This document shows, piece by piece, positions 57,015 through 64,000 of a DNA stretch of 64,000 nucleotides. Source of the DNA: Myxococcota bacterium (GTDB taxonomy: Bacteria > Myxococcota_A > UBA796 > SXON01); contig JAZKFH010000013.1 of NCBI GenBank assembly GCA_040386535.1, forward strand, positions 160,001 to 224,000, given 5' to 3'. The translations under genes and the position numbers were made by a program. Every line of letters starts with the position of its first letter. Position 1 is the first letter of the stretch. Under the pieces are notes generated by a model. The model ran no database searches. It was not told where the DNA came from and worked only from the letters and a program-made list of their open reading frames with translations.

Positions 57015-59473
57015 TGGTCTCCACGCTCGCGCTCCTCCTCGCGTGTGACGACGGTCCTGACAAGACGCCCGATCGGATCGCGTCGACCGTCGTCGGCTCG
57101 GTGACCCTCGCGCCGACGTCCCCGCGCACGGACGACGTCGTCATCGCCACCGTGGCCGAATCCGACGGGGACCTCGTGTTCGCCTGGTTCGTGGACGGGG
57201 TGGCGGTCGCGGAGACGAGCGCGTCGCTGGCGGGCACCTCCTTCGACAAGGGCCAGGCCGTCCACGTCGCCGTCACGGCCTTGCGCAAGGGAGTGCCGAG
57301 CACCACCGTCGAATCCGACGCCGTCACGGTCGCCAACACCCCGCCCACGGCCCCCGGCGTCACGCTCGCCCTCACCGGCGATGGCCTCGTGTGCACCGTC
57401 GAGGCGCCCGCGACCGACGCCGACGGCGACACGCTCAGCTACACGACCACCATCACGTCCGATGTCGGCACCGAGGTCGCGGGAGAGACCGTGCCGCTCG
57501 CGCTCACCGCGGCTGGCGCGGTGTGGACCTGCACCGTCACCCCCGACGACGGAGAATCCCCAGGGCCGGCAGGTACTTCCAGCCTGACCCTGGAGGGCCC
57601 GCTCGAAGGGGGCTACAGCTTCGAGCGCGTGGCCGACGTGCTCATGCCGGCCGACATCGAGGCCGTCCCGGACGGCACGTTGCTCGTCGCGACGCTCCTC
57701 GGCGAGCTCTCCCACGTCGACCCCGCGACCGGCGCGGTCCTCGGGACCGTCTCCCTCTACGAGCCCGACGATCTCGTGTCCCTCGCGCTCGATCCCCGCT
57801 TCGGCGACGGCACGCACGACTGGCTCTACACGTGGACCAACCACACGTGCGTCGTCGCGCGGCACGCCGTGACGCTCGATCCGTTCGGCGTCACCGCCAG
57901 CGAAGAGCTGATGCAGATGGACTGCCCGATCCGCGGCGGCCACGCGGGCGGCGACCTGTTGTTCTGGGAGGGCGAGTCCACCGAGCCGCTGCTCTACCTC
58001 GGCATCGGCCCGACCATCGACGGCAACCCCCAGGAGGAGGTCCAACCCGGCCAGAAGCTGCTCGCCTTCGCGATCGCGGAGGACGGCACGCTCTCCCCGG
58101 GGATGGACGCCGGCTTCGAGAACCCGTACATCGTGGCGAAGGGGCTCCGAAATCCGTGGCGCCTCGCCGATTGTGGCAGCGGCATCTGCATCGCCGACGC
58201 GGGCAGCGACTTCTACGAGGAGGTCAACCTCTACACCGGCGCCGGCATGAACTTCGGGTACCCGCGCGCCGAGGGCCCCGACGAGGCCGGGGTCTTCGAC
58301 GATCCGTTCCTGTGGTGGGAGAACGAAGACCCCGCGTTCGTCCTCGCCGATCGCGACGGATCCGGACGCACCGGCATCGAGAACACGCCGATGATCGGCA
58401 TCCGTGTCTCGGGCGGGGCGTTCGCAGGCCGCCTGGACGGCGCCCTGCTCTACGCGGACGTGTTCGACGGCTGGGTCCGCGGCGCTGCGCTCGATGACAC
58501 CGGCCGCCTCGGCGACGACGTGCCACTGGCCTATCTGCCCTACGTGCTCGCGATGACCGAGGCCCCGGACGGGTCGGTCTACGCCGTGGCCCTCTCGGGC
58601 GGGGTGTGGCGGCTCGGCTACCGCGCCGATCGGACGCGCATCGGCGAGGAGGGCGAGCGGCTCTCGGACGCGGCGCCCGGCGGGATTCCTTATGACGTGC
58701 GCTACCCGCTCTGGTCGAACGGCGCCGAGAAGGATCGGTGGCTCGAGTTGCCGACCGGCACGACGATCGACACCACGGATCCCGACGCATGGGTGTACCC
58801 CGAGGGCACGCGCCTCTGGAAACGCTTCACGATGGACGGCGTCCCTGTGGAGACCCGCCTGCTCGAGAAGCGCGACGGCGCCTGGATCGGCGGCACCTAC
58901 GTGTGGAGCGGCGGCGAGGCCTGGCTCACCGATGGCACCCGCCAGGACCTCGTGCTCCCGTCGGGCGAGGCCTACACGGTGCCCTCCCAATACGCGTGCG
59001 CGGTGTGCCACGAGGCCACCTCCGGCCAGGAAGCGCCGCTCGGGGTGGAGCCCTTCCAGCTCGGGGACGACGGGCTCGCCGCGATCGCCGACGCGCTCGA
59101 CGCGCCGTACGGGCCCGCGCCGGAGCTCGCGGTGGCCGACCCTGTCGAGGCCGAGGTGCGCGGGTACCTGCACGGCAACTGCGCGTTCTGCCACCAGCCG
59201 ACGGGCGTCGTGTCGATGGTGTCCGTCGTGACGCTCGACTTCCGCTACTCGGCGCTGGACACCGGCCTGCTCGACGGCCACGCCGAGTACTGGAACGCCA
59301 ACCCCTACGAGAACGACGGGCTGCCCTACGTCCTGCCCGGCGATCCCGACGGCAGCGCGCTCGTCGGGATGCTCGAGGCCACGGACATGCCGCGCCTCTC
59401 GGTGTGGGAGCCGGACGCCGAGGCCATCACGACGATCCGGGCCTGGATCGCGGCGATGCCCGCCACCCCGTGA
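57014..59473 (+). CDS. Lipoprotein: Ig-like region + PQQ-dependent sugar dehydrogenase-like propeller + diheme c-type cytochrome domain
   Basis: LLLAC lipobox; H.GG.L, GLRNPWR, EEVN, NFGYP; YPLWSNGA.K.RW, ETRLL, CAVCH and YLHGNCAFCH. Confidence 0.82.
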   Translation: MVSTLALLLACDDGPDKTPDRIASTVVGSVTLAPTSPRTDDVVIATVAESDGDLVFAWFVDGVAVAETSASLAGTSFDKGQAVHVAVTALRKGVPSTTVESDAVTVANTPPTAPGVTLALTGDGLVCTVEAPATDADGDTLSYTTTITSDVGTEVAGETVPLALTAAGAVWTCTVTPDDGESPGPAGTSSLTLEGPLEGGYSFERVADVLMPADIEAVPDGTLLVATLLGELSHVDPATGAVLGTVSLYEPDDLVSLALDPRFGDGTHDWLYTWTNHTCVVARHAVTLDPFGVTASEELMQMDCPIRGGHAGGDLLFWEGESTEPLLYLGIGPTIDGNPQEEVQPGQKLLAFAIAEDGTLSPGMDAGFENPYIVAKGLRNPWRLADCGSGICIADAGSDFYEEVNLYTGAGMNFGYPRAEGPDEAGVFDDPFLWWENEDPAFVLADRDGSGRTGIENTPMIGIRVSGGAFAGRLDGALLYADVFDGWVRGAALDDTGRLGDDVPLAYLPYVLAMTEAPDGSVYAVALSGGVWRLGYRADRTRIGEEGERLSDAAPGGIPYDVRYPLWSNGAEKDRWLELPTGTTIDTTDPDAWVYPEGTRLWKRFTMDGVPVETRLLEKRDGAWIGGTYVWSGGEAWLTDGTRQDLVLPSGEAYTVPSQYACAVCHEATSGQEAPLGVEPFQLGDDGLAAIADALDAPYGPAPELAVADPVEAEVRGYLHGNCAFCHQPTGVVSMVSVVTLDFRYSALDTGLLDGHAEYWNANPYENDGLPYVLPGDPDGSALVGMLEATDMPRLSVWEPDAEAITTIRAWIAAMPATP

Positions 59474-61185
59474 GGTCCACGCGCGAGCTCGTGCACGACG
59501 CCCGCATGTACGGCTCGCGCGCGCTGAACCGCTCGCTGGCGCCGCCGGACTGGCTGTCGATCAACCTGACGCTGCGCTGCAACCTCAGCTGCGTCATGTG
59601 CACCACCTGTTACGACGCGCCCGAGCTCTCCCTGCGCGAGGTGCTCGATCTGGTCGACCAGGCGGCGAGCTGGGGCGTGAAGGTGTTCAACCCGCTCGGC
59701 GGCGAGCCCTTCATCCGCCACGATCTCGAGGACATCCTCGCGCACGCGGCGAAGCGGGACCTGTACACCACGCTCACGACGAACGGGACGCTCATCACCG
59801 CGGCGCGGGCCGCGCGCATCGCCGCGATCCCGCCGGAGAAGCTGCACGTCAACATCTCGATCGACGGCCTGGAGGCCACTCACGACGGCGTGCGCGGGAA
59901 GGGCGCGTTCCAGCGCACGCTCGCGGGGTACCGACGCCTCCGCGAGGCGGACGCCGCGGCGGGCAACCCGCGTCGCAAGATCTGCGCGAACAGCATCCTC
60001 CACGCCAAGAACGTGGGCGAGTACCTCGATCTGGTCGCGTTCCTGGAGGAAGAGGGGTTCTCCGGGCTCCAGGTCCTGCACCTGTTCCGTGACGACGAGG
60101 ACTCGGACGTCGGCGGCATGTGGTTCGCGCCGGCCCAGCTCCCGGCGCTCGAGGCCGTCTGCGCGACGCTCGGGCAGCATCCGCTCGTGCTCAATCGTCA
60201 CGCGCTTCCGCTCGTACCTCGCTACTACCGCGAGGGGTTGGGCCCGCTGGAGGCACCGTGCTGGGCGGGCTGGAAGGAGCTGTACGTCAACGCCGACGGC
60301 AGCGTGATCATGTGCGACGGGAAGCTCGACTTTCTCGCCGGGCGCTTCGGGAGCGTGCGCGAGCAGACCCTCCGCGAGCTCTGGCGGTCCCCGGCGCTGC
60401 GGGCGCGGCGCGAGGTGGTGAAGACCTGCGCCACGCCGTGCATCCAGGGCTGCTACCTGCGCACGGAGAGCGACTCCGCGACGCGCATCGTGAAGGGCCT
60501 CGTGGACAACGTGAGCGCGCCCGTGCGCGCCCGCGTGGCGCGGCTGCTCCCGGCGCGCACGATCGAGGGCACGCTCACCCTGGAGCTCTCCGACACGCCC
60601 GACGATCCCGCCCATCCGCGCACGCGCGCCCTGTTCGCCACGTCCCCCGTGGCGTTGGAGGACTGTTTCTCCGACCCGGACCGGCTGCTGACACTCCGCG
60701 ATCGTCGCTACCTCGACTTCGGTCGCGGGTTCCTCGGCGCCGACGTCGTGGCGCACGTGCGTGACGGGCTGCGCGAGGCCCGCATTCGCTTCCGCACGGT
60801 GTCGCTCACGTGGCGCGGCGAGCCGCTGCTCCACCCGGAATTTCCCGTCGTCTGGGACGCCCTGGACGGCATCGCGGATTGCGTGCGCGTCGTCACGTCG
60901 GGATTGCTGGTCCGGGACGATCACATGTCGCTCCTCCGGCGGGCCGAGGTGTGGATCGATCCGGCGCGATCGGCGTTCGCCGGCGGCGCACACGCCGACC
61001 TGCTCACGACGCGCGCCGCGGCGCTCGGGGCCCGCCGCGGGGCGCCGCCGCCCGACGCCGTGGCGCCCGCCCTCTCCTGGGACGGCCACCTCACCGTGTC
61101 CCTTGACGACACGACGTTGTCCCGTCGCATCGGGGACGTGCTCAAGGAGCCGATGCGCACGATCTGGGGCCGCTACCCGGCGTGA
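59470..61185 (+). CDS. Radical SAM/SPASM-type protein with a second, degenerate radical-SAM-like domain
   Basis: TLRCNLSCVMC, GGEPF, TNG, SIDG, CWAG...C...C..PC..GC; GTGA overlap. Confidence 0.88.
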   Translation: MRSTRELVHDARMYGSRALNRSLAPPDWLSINLTLRCNLSCVMCTTCYDAPELSLREVLDLVDQAASWGVKVFNPLGGEPFIRHDLEDILAHAAKRDLYTTLTTNGTLITAARAARIAAIPPEKLHVNISIDGLEATHDGVRGKGAFQRTLAGYRRLREADAAAGNPRRKICANSILHAKNVGEYLDLVAFLEEEGFSGLQVLHLFRDDEDSDVGGMWFAPAQLPALEAVCATLGQHPLVLNRHALPLVPRYYREGLGPLEAPCWAGWKELYVNADGSVIMCDGKLDFLAGRFGSVREQTLRELWRSPALRARREVVKTCATPCIQGCYLRTESDSATRIVKGLVDNVSAPVRARVARLLPARTIEGTLTLELSDTPDDPAHPRTRALFATSPVALEDCFSDPDRLLTLRDRRYLDFGRGFLGADVVAHVRDGLREARIRFRTVSLTWRGEPLLHPEFPVVWDALDGIADCVRVVTSGLLVRDDHMSLLRRAEVWIDPARSAFAGGAHADLLTTRAAALGARRGAPPPDAVAPALSWDGHLTVSLDDTTLSRRIGDVLKEPMRTIWGRYPA

Positions 61186-61186
61186 C

Positions 61187-62824
61187 CTACACGGGCTCCG
61201 GGAGCGGCTCCACCCACACGCGGAGCGCGTCGAAGACCCGGCCGACGGTCAGATCCGTCCGCGCGGCGACGTAGCCGTCGGGACGCAGGAGGAGCGCGGC
61301 CGGCGCATCGATGCCGTAGGCGCGCCTCAGCCGTCCACCGATGTCCGTGAAGCCCGGCGCGCCGGCGATGCTCGTGGGGGCCCCCTCCGTCCACACGATC
61401 GTGGGCGTCACCCGGCCCCCGAAGCGCGCCCCGACGGCCGTGAGCAGCTCGCGTGCCTGCCAGCCGTGGTACCGCGGGCGCAACACGACGAGGAGCTGCA
61501 ACCCCGGGGTGGCGAACAGGGTGTAGAGCCGCACGCGGTGGCCCTCCGGGGCAAGGAGCTCGACATCCGGCGCGCGCGCGCCCGGACCGGCGGCGCTCGA
61601 CCCCCACACCTCGCGGACGTGGGAGGAGGGCGGGCCGTAGCCGGTCGCGAGGCCGGAGAGCGCGCGCGCGAGGACCTGGCGCGCGACCGGGGTGGCGGCG
61701 AGCGCCCGCGCCACCCGAGCGCGGCCGGCCAGCAGCCCAGGGCGGTGGACCGTCGCCACGCGGAGGAGCGTGTCGGTGAACCCGATGGTCCACCGCGCAA
61801 CGGGCCGGCGCTCGGCTTCGTAGGTGTCGAGGATCGCCGCGGGCGCCTCGCCTCGGACCACGGCGGCCAGCTTCCAGCCGAGGTTCCAGCCGTCCGCCAT
61901 CCCGATGTTCAGGCCCTGGCCCCCGGCGGGGCTGTGCACGTGCGCGGCGTCGCCGGCCAGGAAGGCGGCCCCGTTCCGAAACGTCTCGGCGAGCCGCGAG
62001 TGGGGCCGGAACCGCGCGATCCACGTCGGGCTGCGCAGGTGCACGGGGACGGGCAGGACCGCCTCGACGAGCGCCTGGAGCTCGGCCAACGTCGGCTCCG
62101 TGGCGAGGTCGGGCGAGGCGGCGTGGTCGACGCCGACGCCGATGAGGCGCACGCGGCCCGGGCCGAACGGAACGAAGGCCACCAGCCCCCGCGGCGTCGC
62201 GTGGATGAGCACCTCGCCGGGCCCGAGGTCGACGCCGATGTCCAGATCGGCGAGCACGATCGTGAGGGGCCAGGCCCGGCCGGGGAAGGGGATACCGAGC
62301 GCGTGGCGCGTGGCGCTGTGGGCCCCGTCCGCCCCCACGATCCAGCGGACGTCGACCTCCTCGGCCTGCTCCCCCCGGACGAGCCGCGCCCGCGCCCCCT
62401 CGGCGGTGGCGGTCAGCCCGACCAGCGCGGTGCCCCGCTCGACCGGCACGCCGTACCCCGCGAGCGCCTCGGTCAGCAGGCGCTCGGTGTCGGCCTGGGC
62501 CAGCAGCAAGAGGAACGGGAAGCGGGTGTCCAGCTTCCCGAGGTCGACCGCGACGGGCTCCTGGGGCCCCGCCCCGAAGCGGAGCTGCGACACCGGCTGC
62601 CCCGCGGCCACGAACGTGTCGGCGAGGCCGAGCCGATCGAGCCCCTCGAGCGTGCGGGCGTGCAGCCCGAGCGCGCGCGACTCGACCGAGGGCGACGCCG
62701 CGCGGTCGACCACGCGGCACGGCACCTGCCGGCGCGCGAGCTCCAGGGCGACGCAGAGCCCGGTGGGACCGGCGCCGACCACGAGGACCTCCGGCCGTTG
62801 CACGTGCGCCTCCTCTCGGAACAT
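61187..62824 (-). CDS. FAD-dependent monooxygenase (aromatic hydroxylase family)
   Basis: VVGAGPTGL, VGADGAHS.TR, LAGDAAHVHSPAGGQGLN.G..D..NLGWKLA and LLRPDGYV. Confidence 0.93.
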   Translation of the reverse strand: MFREEAHVQRPEVLVVGAGPTGLCVALELARRQVPCRVVDRAASPSVESRALGLHARTLEGLDRLGLADTFVAAGQPVSQLRFGAGPQEPVAVDLGKLDTRFPFLLLLAQADTERLLTEALAGYGVPVERGTALVGLTATAEGARARLVRGEQAEEVDVRWIVGADGAHSATRHALGIPFPGRAWPLTIVLADLDIGVDLGPGEVLIHATPRGLVAFVPFGPGRVRLIGVGVDHAASPDLATEPTLAELQALVEAVLPVPVHLRSPTWIARFRPHSRLAETFRNGAAFLAGDAAHVHSPAGGQGLNIGMADGWNLGWKLAAVVRGEAPAAILDTYEAERRPVARWTIGFTDTLLRVATVHRPGLLAGRARVARALAATPVARQVLARALSGLATGYGPPSSHVREVWGSSAAGPGARAPDVELLAPEGHRVRLYTLFATPGLQLLVVLRPRYHGWQARELLTAVGARFGGRVTPTIVWTEGAPTSIAGAPGFTDIGGRLRRAYGIDAPAALLLRPDGYVAARTDLTVGRVFDALRVWVEPLPEPV

Positions 62825-62869
62825 GCACGCGCGGCACCGAACCGGAAAGGGAGCCGCTCTCCGGCCGCT

Positions 62870-63535
62870 CTACCCGCCGATCACGTCCTCGATCCGGTAC
62901 ACGCCCGCCGGCTTCCCGACGATCCAGCGCGCCGCCGTCACCGCGCCCGCGGCGAACAGGCCGCGATGCGTCGCGACGTGCCCGAGCTCGATGCGCTCGC
63001 CGGGCCCGCACAGGTAGACCCGGTGCTCGCCCACGATGTCGCCGCCGCGCACCGCGTGGACGCCGATCTCGCCGTCGACCCGGGGGCCCGTGCGGCCCGA
63101 CACGACCGTGCCCAGCGCCTCGACGAGCCGGAGCGCGGTGCCCGACGGCGCATCGCGCTTGTGCTTGTGGTGGAGCTCCACCACCTCGATGTCGTAGCCG
63201 GGGAGCGCCTGGGCGGCGTCCCTCACCAGCCGCGCGAGCACCGCCACCCCGAGGGAGAAGTTGGCGGAGTGGAGCACGGGGAGCGCGGGGTTGACCGCCG
63301 CGAGGTCGACCGGGAGCATGCCGGTGGTGCCGGTCACGACCGGACAGGGCGCCTGCGTCAGGAGGCGGCGCAGCCCGTCGGGGGTCGTAAAGTCGATGAT
63401 CACGTCGGCGTCGAGCGGGGAGGGGAGGTCCTTCCCGCACGCCCACGCGATCTCGAGATCGGCGGCAGCCTCGATCTCCGCGACCACGAGCCGGCCCATG
63501 CGCCCGGTGGCGCCGTGCACGCCGATGCGGATCAG
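62870..63535 (-). CDS. dapB: 4-hydroxy-tetrahydrodipicolinate reductase
   Basis: IRIGVHGATGRMG, IDFT, GTTG, NFSLGV, ELHHKHKRDAPSGTAL, RGGDIVGEH and FA.GA. Confidence 0.95.
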   Translation of the reverse strand: MIRIGVHGATGRMGRLVVAEIEAAADLEIAWACGKDLPSPLDADVIIDFTTPDGLRRLLTQAPCPVVTGTTGMLPVDLAAVNPALPVLHSANFSLGVAVLARLVRDAAQALPGYDIEVVELHHKHKRDAPSGTALRLVEALGTVVSGRTGPRVDGEIGVHAVRGGDIVGEHRVYLCGPGERIELGHVATHRGLFAAGAVTAARWIVGKPAGVYRIEDVIGG

Positions 63536-64000
63536 GCGATCCCCGCGAGGAGCTCGGCCGGCGGCGCCTGCCCGGTCGAGAGCGGGAGCCGGCAGTCGGG
63601 CGCGCAGAGCCCAAGGGCGGCGAGTGCGGCCTTGCAAGGGACGGGGCTGGTCTGCGCGAAGAGCCAGCGGACGAGCGGGTAGAGCGCGCGATGGCGGGCC
63701 GCGGCGGTCGCCGGGTCCTTCTCCTTCCACGCCTGCCACACGGCCACCGTCGCGGCCGGCGCGACGTTCGACACCACCGAGATGACGCCCGTGCCGCCCA
63801 CCGAGAGGAGGGGCAGCCACGTGAAGTCGTCGCCCGAGAGGGTCGGCTTCTTCGTGAGCAGCATCACGTCCTGGCCGAATTGCACGTCCCCCGTGGCCTC
63901 CTTGCAGGCGACCACCCCGTCGATCTCGCAGAGCGACGCGAGCAGCTCGGGGGAGAGCCGCTGCGCGGTGCGCCCGGGCACGTGGTAGACGACGAGCGGC
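63532..64000 (-). CDS. dapA: 4-hydroxy-tetrahydrodipicolinate synthase, C-terminal part; runs off the window edge
   Basis: YHVPGRT, KEATG, LSGDD, G.ISVVSN.AP, P.P.KAAL and RLPL. Confidence 0.93.
   Translation of the reverse strand, partial: PLVVYHVPGRTAQRLSPELLASLCEIDGVVACKEATGDVQFGQDVMLLTKKPTLSGDDFTWLPLLSVGGTGVISVVSNVAPAATVAVWQAWKEKDPATAAARHRALYPLVRWLFAQTSPVPCKAALAALGLCAPDCRLPLSTGQAPPAELLAGIA

Overview
A very GC-rich, gene-dense bacterial window. The gene content (MYXO-CTERM-like tails, a PEGA Ser/Thr kinase, many lipoproteins, lpxC) suggests a Myxococcota-like diderm, which is an inference. Housekeeping blocks are hemW-grpE-dnaK-dnaJ-LpoA-like-thiL-2xCNNM, an M16 peptidase, eno, ruvCAB-DUF192-lpxC and dapA-dapB. 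Accessory content includes two cobalamin-binding radical SAM genes with a HAD hydrolase and a class I methyltransferase, and a ~32-56 kb envelope region with six GT-C-like membrane proteins, an SGNH hydrolase, a GT-B protein, an HTTM pair and low-complexity surface proteins. Two further radical SAM/SPASM-type genes are also present. The most striking unannotated signal is a minus-strand mini-gene at 23178-23225, too short for the ORF track. It has TTGACA-N17-CAAGAT, a GGAGG RBS, a 15-aa ORF (MNWRPSPRPKPGPKA) and a 10-bp hairpin followed by a tandemly repeated T-tract. It lies directly upstream of the methyltransferase / B12-radical-SAM genes and is a candidate RiPP precursor or regulatory leader peptide. 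Several genes, most clearly dapB, appear to start at CTG. I saw no tRNA, rRNA, CRISPR array or mobile element. All family assignments come from motif recognition by eye, not database searches.
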